Assembly: GCF_036588685.1 (NCBI RefSeq)
Contig: NC_086382.1
Coordinates: 59,520,001 to 59,584,000, forward strand
Length of the DNA stretch: 64,000 nt
Direction: 5' to 3'
DNA from: Mytilus trossulus
Taxonomy: Eukaryota
Shown: positions 1 through 11,200 of the stretch, piece by piece
Layout: the number at the start of each line of letters is the position of its first letter
Numbering within the stretch: the stretch's first letter is position 1
Notes under the pieces: model-generated
The model's input: only the letters and a program-made list of their open reading frames with translations
What the model was told of the DNA's origin: nothing
The model's database searches: none
Made by a program: the position numbers and the translations under genes

Positions 1-1735
1 ATATATGATCAGTTAAGTGAAAGATGTATAAAGTTAGGTGATAGATAAATAAAGTGTGGTGATAGATGTATATAGTGTTGTGATAGATGTATATAGTGTG
101 GTGATAATGTGGTGATAGATGTATATAGTGTGGTGGTAGATATAACGTGTGGTGATAGATACATAAAGTGTGGTGATATAGATTTCTATTGAGGTGATTT
201 ATATTTATTAATATGGTGATATATAATTAGAGAGTTGATAGTCTATGTATACAGTGAGGTCATAGATATATACATAGAGTGGTAATAAATAAAAATATAA
301 ACATCTTTTATGGTAAATATGTATAACATTGTATAAAGTCATGATTTTATACAGAATGGTGATAAATATAAAAAAATGTATTGATAGAAGTATAGAGAAG
401 TAATAGATTATTAGTGTGGCGATATATATATATATATATAAAGAGAGGTGATAGATATATTCAATATGTTAATATAAATATAAAGAGAGATGACAGGTAA
501 AACTGTGATGTGATAGATAAATAAGGTGAGGTGTTAGATATAAAGTGTGGTGACAGCTTTATAAAGAGTGGTGATGTATATATATATAGTGTGGTGAAAG
601 AGAAAAATGTGAGGTGATTCATTGATTGGTGTATAATGTTAGGTGATGGATATATGAAGTGTGGGGATAGAAATGTGAAGCTACCTAAAAGAAATCTAGT
701 GAGGCGATTAATATAAACACATAAATATGAGGCCATAGACATATAAAGGGAGGCAGTTAATGACTATAGTATGGTGTAAAAGATATTCAGAGAGATACAA
801 ATATAAACATCTTTTGGTGATAATATATACAGTATTGTACAAATTGGTATTTATACAGAACAGTGATAGTTATATATAATGCTTTTAGTTATATACAGTG
901 TGTTGATTGAATTATAAAGCAGTAATAGATTTAAAAAGTGGTAATACATGTATATATATTCAGTGTGGTGATATTAATATAAAGTGGTGATGGATAAATA
1001 TGTTGATGATACAAAAGTGTAGTGATAGATTAAGTGAGGTGATAGATGTATAGTAAAGACATAGATATATAGTTAGTGGATATCTATATCTGAAGTGGTA
1101 TATATATAAAGTATGGTGATAGAGAGATAAAGTGATAAAGTGATAGATATTGTAGATGGTGATATATATATATTGTGATAAATAATGGAAAATATATATA
1201 GAAAGATCTGAATTAAACACCTTTGGTGTTAGATATATATACAGTATTGTACAAAGTGGTGATAAATACAGAATGGTGATAAATATATACAGTGGTTTTG
1301 GATATATACAGTGTGTTAATAGATTTATAGAGTGGTGATGAACATATAGTGTGGTGATAGATATATACGGGAGTGTTGTACAAAGTGGCGATTGATACAG
1401 AATGGTGATAAATAGATAGCATGGTGATAGATATATACAGTGTTGTATAAAGTGGTGATTAATGCAGAATGGTGATAAATATATATAGTGGATTGATAGA
1501 TTTATAGAGTGGTGATAAATATATAGTGTGGTGATAGATATATTTAGTGTGGAGATTTTAATATATTGGTGATATAGTGTAGTGATAAATAAAGTGAGGT
1601 GATAGATATATAGATTGGTGGAGAGATATAAAAACAGTAGGATGATAGATATATACAGTGGTGATAGATGTTTGCAATGGTGATAGATATATACAATGGT
1701 AATATATATCATGTATGTTTACATTGGTGATAAAA
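1..1735. repeat. Degenerate low-complexity (AGTGTGGTGATAGATATAT-like) minisatellite, C-poor on the + strand
   Basis: GTGGTGATAGATATAT motifs recur throughout. This explains the His/Ile/Tyr/Leu-rich spurious ORFs on the minus strand. Confidence 0.85.
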
Positions 1736-1855
1736 AATAAATATTTTTTTATTATAAATATTGTTTTTATAATAAATATTTTTTAACTCGATATATCGCA
1801 TTCCCGACCTGTTGATTATTTTCATTTAATCTAGGTGTGGTTAGTTTGATCTTAC

Positions 1856-2031
1856 ATTGTAGTTGTTCATTGGTCAATATTTGATTATGACGTAAAATTT
1901 TCATGCTTTCATCTGAAATTCCCATTCTGATGACATGAAAAGACAGAGAAATATATTTCACCTCCAAATCTTGTGCAATACTATATGTATCCACTCTTGA
2001 CTGTGTCAAAAACAATTGATTTTAATATGGC
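1856..2031 (-). CDS. Probable first coding exon of an unidentified neighbouring gene (5'UTR + MGISDESMKILRHNQILTNEQLQ)
   Basis: TTCCTTTAG acceptor at 2032-2033 and GTAAG donor at 1854-1855. ATG at 1925 has an upstream in-frame stop. A candidate non-coding exon ends at an AAG|GTATG donor at 2844. Confidence 0.4.
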
Positions 2032-2348
2032 CTAAAGGAATGTGTACTTTTTTATCGTCAAGGATCAAAAATTACTGTTATAAATGTCATAATAAAAATA
2101 TTGTCTATTGTCTATATTGTCTATTGTCATTTCGCAATTTTTTTTAACGGTTATTAGTGAAGACAGGGGTACCAAGATTCCCAGGGGATTACAAGTATCA
2201 CCCTCATACATGTACATGACCGGGGGTAGGAGGGGTCATGATCCCAAAATCCTGGGCTTAAAAACATGAAATCCCGAGATCCCTTATTTAAATAAATTTA
2301 AATCCCTACATCATGAAATTCAAAAATAGAATTCCTGGATACCTAAAT

Positions 2349-2506
2349 CAGTGGCGGATCCAGAGGAGGGGGGGGGGGGGTTCCGGGGGTGCGCACCACC
2401 CCTTTATTTTTGCCGATCAATATATTTGTATCGGGACATATGTTTTGCACCACCCTTTGCCCTGGGTTAGCACCCCCCCTTTCGAAAATTCCTGCATCCG
2501 CACCTG
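2349..2506. mobile_element. Short GC-rich MITE with 5 bp TSD (hAT-like CAG termini)
   Basis: TIRs CAGTGGCGGATCCAG / CTGCATCCGCACCTG, TSD TAAAT. Nested in an ATCCC-motif repeat at ~2221-2580. Confidence 0.7.
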
Positions 2507-3029
2507 TAAATAGTCAATCCCAAAATCCTGAAGCTAAAAACACCCAATCCTGGTGTCCCGATAAAGGTCCTATCCCCCTCATACTATGATACATGCACGA
2601 TCCATAACAATCTTTTTAAAACTTTCTGGACTCCCCAAGAAATCATTTCGGCCACCTCCTATGAACACTGACCTGACACATACACATGAAAAGTATTAAT
2701 TGTCCGGCTCTTTTGAACCAGATCACATTTTGTAGTTGGAAAAGGAAAAAAGGAGGGGGGTGAAGCCTCCTTTCCTTTAAAATGTTATTTTGCATTTAAA
2801 GATGATGTATGTTTTCATTGTTACAATGCATTATTTTTCATACCTTTCACATGGTGTTTTTTTACGTTTTAGAAGTTATGTGTGCTCTTAAGGACGAGAA
2901 AGAGAGCTACTTCAGCAACTGAGCAAGTGTATTTTCTTTCGCAGATAAAATGTAAATAGATGCGTACAAATCTATCTCCAAATAGAAGATTTGTCAAAAA
3001 TGAAAGTAGGAAATTCAGTGGGCGTTTCT

Positions 3030-3041
3030 TGCGCATGCGCA
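3030..3041. promoter_or_regulatory. NRF1/Ewg-type palindromic site TGCGCATGCGCA; probable housekeeping promoter
   Basis: A perfect 12 bp consensus in a locally CpG-richer patch, just upstream (minus strand) of the candidate exon ending at 2844. Confidence 0.55.
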
Positions 3042-4160
3042 CAGACCACGGTGATAGTTACGGTGACTGTATCAGGAACCTTGCATATTATATACCTCCA
3101 TCTGGCCAGGGATATTATGTATTATTAGTAATACGACACAAAATGTCTGCACATATCTGGCCCGAGAACACAGTTATTTTACCCTATTTGTCTATTGAAA
3201 CATAATGACAATTAAAAAAAATTCCACCTGCTCTTTCCCAATGAGATTTGGTGTGCATAAAGTTTGACTTTTATCCCGAAACATACCAAAAATCCAGAAA
3301 ACTCTACCAGCTCATTTTCTCCTGGTAACCACAAACACGAGGACATCGGTATGGATGAAGCCAGAGAGCTTCCGAGAAGGGGGAATTCCAGCTTTATTTA
3401 CCTGACCAATTCACTCATTTCTACACAAAATTTAAAAAAGATTTTTTTTCAGACAGTATATTTGAAGTCTTATCTTTCACCTAAATGCAAACAAATAGTG
3501 AAAAATTCCAAAAAAAAGACAAAGAAAAAAAATTAAGAAAAGAAAACACTGAAATTAAAGGGAACTATATTCCTGGACAACGAAAATTGAGGGTAGATAA
3601 CTGTGTCCTTGGGCCATCTTCAAAGCGTGTAATAAAGGAACAGTGCGTTCACTGTTTTTTCTCCCGTCGAATGATCAGTTATGCGCTGAATTTCCTACCC
3701 TCAGATTAGTGAATATTTTTTAATATGTAACTAAAACTACAACTGCATTAAAACACGCCTTTCGACAATTTAGAGATTTCATAAGGGGTAAAGAAATCTT
3801 AATATTTTGTCATATAAATTAACATGAATGTATTAAATGTGAAATAAACATTTCAAGTATCCTGATAACTGGTTAGTTAACTTGCCAGAATATATTGCAA
3901 ATCATTAGCGTTTGGATGGAATTACAACATGTAAATATTTTGGTATACACACTGGGAAAATATATTAAGTAGTACACATAAAAGATCCGACAAGAACAAA
4001 TCAGCCAGAAAGGTCAAAGTTGACAGCAAACACCACAAGCACAGATCATTTCTCTGTGGCTTTCACAAAAAAAAGATACATTTATAGTTATAGTAACAGA
4101 AGATAAGGAATATGATTTTGGTCTACCAAAAAAAATTCACATACACACTGGAATAATCTC

Positions 4161-6436
4161 TTTTTTTTTTTTTTTTTTTTAATAAAATAATGTCTTTATT
4201 GCACTTTTCTTTGCTGTTGTAACAAATTACTCGACCTACAGCAGTTGGCCGAGTATCCCTGTGAATTAGTCACTGGATAACCAGGGAATTTATTCAGTGA
4301 ATTCATATATAAGATCATAGCTTGTTAGTTTTACAGTTCATGGTTATTACATACATTTTACAAACTATATTGTTTCATGATTACGGAAAGTGTACAGTTT
4401 TGTCCGGTTTTGTTTCAAAAGATTAAAACTTTATGATCGTTGACCTTAACCTTATTGATGAAAACCGTTGAAGCTGGTTGATCAATTGTCCGGATTAATT
4501 TATATGTTTTATTGATACACACGAACAACCTCAACTTTAGTTAAAAATTACATGTGGTAAGTGTCGACATTGTGGTTGGAAATTCATTTGATTAAGTGAT
4601 AAAGTGTGTGTAAAAGTATTTTGAGACAAAATTCTGTACATTTTCACAAAGCATGCTGTTTTGGTTTATTACCACGTGCTCAGCTCATATATTGTCAACT
4701 TTTGCTACACAAATTCTATACATGAAAAAAAATATTATATCTAGCTATTCATGATCATATGTATCTTTTTACATCATTTAAAAATTTGCTGTTTTTAGCA
4801 TTAATATATATGTTAATTTCGTATGTTTTTAAAAATTCATTTCTGAAAACTGCATAAGCGTCTATGTCTTTTTGTTTATAATTTGATATATGAGTGCTTT
4901 TATGAATTGAATATAATAAGACAGTTAGGAAGAGATTTATATCATTATACATAGGATCATGTATTTTATAGCCAAGTACTAAAGTTTTAAAATTAAAAAT
5001 ATGTGACCCAATTTTGATTTTGCTTACAAGTACATATATTTTCTTCCAAAATTCATGAAAGAATTGACATTTGAGAAAAAAGTGTTCGTAATCTTCAGTC
5101 ACGTTACACAAGTCACACATACTTGTTTCTTGTATGTGCCATTGTAGTAATAATTGTTTACATGGTAGGATGAAATGGAGTAATTTCCATCTTAACATTT
5201 TATATTTGTTATTAATTAAATAGGTAAAAGTAAATTGAAGCACATTATTTATTGGAGTGATTGATTCTAGATGAAAGATATTTTTCCATTTGGAGAACCC
5301 TAGTGGTCTCTCCTCATTTTTGTTATTTAAATAGTTATATATATCTTTGGATGACATATTTTCAATTAGTTCTGGTTTTTTTTTAACAGTCAAGGACAAG
5401 TTTAATTTTGTTTTTACAGAAGTTTTCAAAGATTTGTCAGATTTTAATGTACTAACCCATTCTTTTGGAATGCAATTTTTCAATTTTAAAAGTTCTGAGA
5501 TCCAATTGGTTTTTGAGGTTAGTTTCTCCAATATAAGTTTTTGTGATATGTGCCCTTTTTGGTCAATTATATCATTAATGAAAATAATACCATCTTTTAT
5601 CCAATTTGGATAAACTAAACATTTTCCTTTAAATTTTATATTTTTATTACCCCACAATATTTGCTGCCTAATATTTCTAAAATTTATGATAGGCATATTA
5701 CTTGTTGGTGTATTATATGCTTCATACCAGCTCTTTAATATGTTCAAGTAAAATGAAGGTAGAACATTACTTAAATTAGGTAATGATTTTATGTTGTCAG
5801 GCATCATATGAAATATAAGGTTGTTTTTACCAAATTTATTGAAATAATATGTTGGAATAACTTTCCAATTAGCAAATTCTTTTGCCGTTAATCGTTTAAC
5901 CCATGAAATATTTCGTGCATTTAAGAAGCAATCAATGTCGGTCATTTTTAGACCTCCATTTGTGTAATCTTTGGTAAGTGTTGAGCGTTTTACCTTTTCT
6001 TGTTTATTATTCCATATAAAATTATAAATAAGTTTTTTAAAATCTTTTATGTACATTTGGGGTATTGAAACAACCGAAGCTAAAAAAGTAAGATTAGGTA
6101 AAATAAGCGACTTAACAACTGTTATTCGTCCTATCATGGTTAAATTTCTTTTTTCCCAATCAAGTCTTAATTTTTTTGTCTGTTTCATTGTTTTTTCAAT
6201 ATTTAATTTGTCACATTCACTTTTATCTAATCCGAAGTAAACACCTAGACTTTTAATTGGTTCTTTGCTCCAGTGTATATTTTCAATTTTTTCTTTACAA
6301 TGTTTAAGTCTACCTAACCATATACCTTCTGTTTTAGATTTATTCAGTTTCAAACCAGAAAGTGTTCCAAATATTTCTATTAGGTTTAGTGCTTGGTGTA
6401 TTTCATTTTTTGAACTGAGAAAGAGTGTTGTGTCAT
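4161..6436 (-). mobile_element. 5'-truncated non-LTR retrotransposon (L1/Tx1 clade)
   Basis: A 13 bp TSD CTGGAATAATCTC lies at 4148-4160 and 6437-6449. Poly(A) tail is T20 at 4161-4180, with AATAAA at 4195-4200 on the minus strand. ORF2 C-terminus is present. Confidence 0.93.
4755..6436 (-). CDS. Partial ORF2: reverse transcriptase C-terminus and zf-RVT of the LINE
   Basis: Starts at (A)DDTT, followed by SGLKLNKSKT, LGVYF, NLTMIGRITVVKSL, FIW, GGLKM and CDLC..EDYEHFFLKC. No stops over ~560 aa. The first 13 aa of the ORF-track entry come from flanking DNA. Confidence 0.88.
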
Positions 6437-7046
6437 CTGGAATAATCTCAGCCAAAGCAAAGAAAGTGTACCACAGCATTTATTTATCTCATATGAGAAG
6501 TGAGATTTTCATCCTTCTTATGGTCTTTTGTTCATGCCATAAGTTTGGCATAATCGAAAAGTTAAAAATTGACTCCACTCAAACACAATACACATGAATA
6601 TAAGTTTTACCTGAAATTTCAGATATAAAGTGTCAAATTTGTTTGCTGATGAACATGCATTCCTATTTCAAGAAATCTGTCAAACATCATGAACACCAAA
6701 CAATCATTCGATACAACTTATACAGCTGACCTATTGTTTACGTTATCCTAGAAACAGAAATAACATGAAAACTTAAAATTGACTAATGAAACATGAAAAC
6801 AAGGTCAAGGTCAAATAAACCTTGTCAGAAAGACATGTTCATCTACCAATCATTGCATAAACCAACTATAGTTAACCTATTGATACTATCATTAAATAAA
6901 TATACATCAAGAACAGGATTGATGCTTCCACATTTCTTATGTGCCTGTCCTAAGTCAAGGCCTGTAGTTAAGTGGTTTTCGTTGTTTCATGCCTGTCATA
7001 CTTGTTTTCCATAAATTGTTCATAATTTATAACAATACAGCTATAA

Positions 7047-7772
7047 AGGAGTAGGTTCAGTAAGACCCTCTTGCCACCCTGAGATGTGGTGTGAGTGCCA
7101 ATGAGACAACTCTCCATCCAAATAACAATTTAAAAATTAAACCATTATAGGTTAAAGTACGGCCTTCAACACGGAGCCTTGGCTCACACCGAACAACAAG
7201 CTATAAAGGGCCCCAAAATTACTAGTGTAAAACCATTCAAACGGGAAAACCAACGGTCTAATCTATATAAACAAAACGAGAAACGAGAAACACGTATATA
7301 TTACATAAACAAACGACAACTACTGTACATCAGATTCCTGACTTAGGACACATATATCGGTTATAAGCATCAAGTCATGCTAAATTACTGAAATCTTCAT
7401 TATTTTAGCATTTCATTAAATTTTAGACGGTTTCTGTCTTAAATGAAATTGGCCACATTTGTGTTCATTCATAGTATTGAAATGTAAGTTGTATTTGATG
7501 ATAAAACATAACATATATAAAAATTGAGGATGAACAGGGATGTGGCTACTTTCATTTTTGACAAAAACCATCTGAAAAGTGACGTTTTTTTTTGCAAATT
7601 TTATAGATTTTTCATATTAAAGCTTGAATTGGAACATTTTTAATGACTAAATCAGTTAAAATCTTTAAAATAAACTAATTGAATCAATTGAAATAGACAC
7701 TCAAGTGTTTAAAAAGTGTCCAAAATCGTTTCTTAGATGAGGTCTAAAACAGCCCTTACCGGAACTACTCCT
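7047..7772. mobile_element. MITE shared by both duplicate copies (partner 31482-32056)
   Basis: Termini AGGAGTAGGTTCAGTAAG...CTTACCGGAACTACTCCT. In this copy ~7070-7350 is replaced by another dispersed repeat. Confidence 0.6.
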
Positions 7773-8206
7773 TAGGCAATTGGTTTTGTCAGTTGAATTG
7801 TGTTTGGTGAATAGCTGACTCATTGGCAATTGCACCACATCTCCTTATTTATATATGGATCAATTTTTTGATAAAACAAAATAAAATAATGTTTTGAGTA
7901 GGACACAGCTTTGTATCTTTAAATTTTACAACAAACAGACATATTCCTTTTTATATTCCCCCTGAATTTGTTTATCATCAATTTTAATAGAATCATTCAA
8001 AAGGTTGAAATATGGAAACATGAAAATATCATAATACCAAATGAATAATTACAAAGAAAACATTTGAAGTTTAGCAACTTTTTATTTCCATTATAAAATG
8101 CCTCTTCTTTGATAGCACTTAGATAAAGAATTCAATAAAAATTTAATAGTACAGATCATTCATTTAATACAGGTTTTTAATTGACAGAGAACAAAGAAAA
8201 TAAATG

Positions 8207-11200
8207 CTATCTTTTCCTCGTGCGTTTGCTTTTATTTTCACTGTCTGATGTTGATGAAAGAGATAATGCTTTTCTTTTGTTCCTATCTGAACCTGATGGT
8301 CTGAAAGTAAAAAAAAAGACAAGTTTTTAAAAACTACAAACATGAATAAATATATAAATACTAGAACACACCCGCCATGAGACCAAGTACATAACTATGT
8401 GTAAGCCTTATTTTAGCCTGGATTTTAAGTATAGATATTGTCATCTGATAAAGTCATGCTGATTATAAGATGCAGTTCTACATTCAAAATCTTTTTGTTT
8501 GAACCCGTCACCCTGGAACTTGTAAATTATTGGTAATATTAATTATTTGGAAAACAAAAGGTCCTGGAATGGAGTATGTTTTATCAACAGCATTGTCCTA
8601 TATTAGTCATAAATAAAGTTGAATACTGTACCTATATGCCTTATTCGAAGTCATGTATTTTAGTATTCATATTGTCATCTTATAAAGTCATGCTGATTAA
8701 AATATTACAATAGGAAACAATGTGACAATGATTGAATTTAGTAGTGTCAACCCTGTGATTATGTCTCGTGTATAAAGCAAATCCTAAATACACCCTTTGG
8801 TGGTGCACTTGTCAGATGTGGAACGTACAGATAAGGTAATAGTTGGTAAATATACTATTGGTATCGGTATCAGTTTCGATCCGGAACTTGTTAATTATTG
8901 GCAATATAAATGATTTGAAAACAAAAGGGTCCGCAGGGGAGTTTTTTTAATCTACACCATTGTCCTATATTAGCTATATATAAAGTTGAATTCTTTGATT
9001 TGTCGTTTTTACCCCATGACAGCTGACAAATTGGACCTCGTTATTTTAGAATTATTGATATAAAAATTTGACAACAACTAGAACCAGCAGATGATGAAAC
9101 CTGCATTGAATGTAATATTTCCAACTATTTATAAATCAACGTGCAGCAATTAAAATTAATAGCCTTGTGCTGATGCTGCATTAAAACAACATTTAAAGGA
9201 AGATGAAAATTATATATTTTTTTAAGGTAATACAATTTCTGATTTTGTTCTCTTTGAAAAATAAGCAATCAGGAAATAAAAAGTGTGTGTAGCTTTTCTC
9301 ATAAATTTTCTTTGTGATGAGGGCTGTATCCTATAGTCATTAATTAATCCAGAATATGTCCCTAGTACATGGATGCCGTATCCGCACTATCATTTTCTAT
9401 GTTCAGCGGACTGTGAAAATGAGGTAAAACCTCTCATTTGGCATTACAATTAAAAAGATCATATCATAAGGAACATGTATACTAAGTTTCAAGATGATTG
9501 GACTTCAACTACATAAAAAATTACCTCGACCAAAAACTTTAACCTGAAGTGGGACAGACAAATGGACGAATGAATGAACAAACAGAAGCACAGACCAGTT
9601 AACATAATGCCCATAAATGGGGCATAAAAACAAATATAATAATTTATAATGTAACTTCTACTAATATGTAACCACAGTGGAATACTTACACAGAAACAAA
9701 ACCTGATATATCTGGTGGACAGTAATCTAGTGGGTTGGGCGGAGGATTGTCTGTGAGATGAGCTGCTATAAATTCTGGCTTCAGACATAGTATATTATTA
9801 CCCAATAGAACCTGTATGTCAGACTGAAGCAACAAAATACAAATCATACGATTAACGTCTTTACATCAATTTATTTTGCTGTCGTAAAAAAACAACAATT
9901 GAATGACAACTACACAAACATACTGTAGATTTTTTTTGTGGGTACCAATTTTAGGGAATGTGGATTACAGAAAAAAAATGGATTTTGATTGAAATTCGAT
10001 TTTTTGCTTTTACCAAAATGTGCATAAATCTACAGAAAAAATATTCTTAGTTCAACATTTGAATTTATTGTTCGACCATGATATCAATGAAAATTGGTAT
10101 CCATTAAATAATGATGAACACAAGCTGCAATTCTAAAAATATTGTTTCAAATGAACTCTTTAATATACTTACAGGTTGTAAAGGCTTTTTGCTGAGGTCA
10201 AGGAATGCATGTGAAGCAGATATATTTTCTTCATATGGGGGTCTATAAAAGTGAAATACAATTGTTTTATCATTACAAATGAAATGCAAACTATTTCTAC
10301 ATAACTAAAAATGTTCATTGTTGATTTCTGCGGAAATCATTTTTTCATTTTTGCGGATAACAAAGATGTACTTTCAATAATAAAGAGTTGTGTCATTTAA
10401 AGGACAACATTGCAAATAATAGAAAAGGGAAGACAAATACCAATGGTAAAATTGAACTTGCAAACCAGTTTTGAACTTCATTTAAATTAATACCAAAGTA
10501 AAAACCCACAAAGTTAATTCATTAATATTTGAAATTGGTTCAGACTTGATATATATATTATCATAACTATGATCCAATAAATCATAATGGACTCTTTAGT
10601 TGGTATCTGTTTTTTCTAATCGCTGAAAAGGATTATTAACATTTGTAATGTAATGTAATGTTTCTCATGACATGTGTGTTAGGCATGAGGAAATATATTC
10701 TTAGTTATGATATTTTTACACTTTATTTAAAACACTTACTTATTTGGTAAAACAGTAGCACCTCCAGCCTCTAGCAATCTTTTAAAATTGTCATCTTTAA
10801 CCTTATCACAATTTAGTAGCACTGTCCAACCATCAAATGCACCTATACATTGGTTAGTCGACTGTCGAAAATAAAACAGAGCTCATTATCATAATGCATA
10901 TTAATTTATTTCTGTGGTAACTAATCTTGTAGATTGAGGAAAAATTGTATATCTTAGATTTAAAAAAAAACCTAATCTCAACTCTGCTTCACAACAAATA
11001 CACAGTGTAGATTATAATAACATGTTGTCATTTATTTTTGTGGTTTCTAATCTTGTGGATTGAGGGACAATTGTATATTTGGTGGTGTTTTTTTTTTACC
11101 TTGGTAGATTGTTGAGATGAACAAAAGCTTTAACTCATTTCATATCTGCATCACAACACATACACAGTGCAAATTATGATAACATGTTGTCAAGTATAAA

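Noticed and set aside
461-1712. 93-250 aa His/Tyr/Ile-rich ORFs
   Set aside because: They are translations of low-complexity repeat DNA.
1856-1925. Resemblance of ILTNEQLQ to the N-terminus of CEPT1/CHPT1-type enzymes
   Set aside because: 23 residues are too few to assign a gene.
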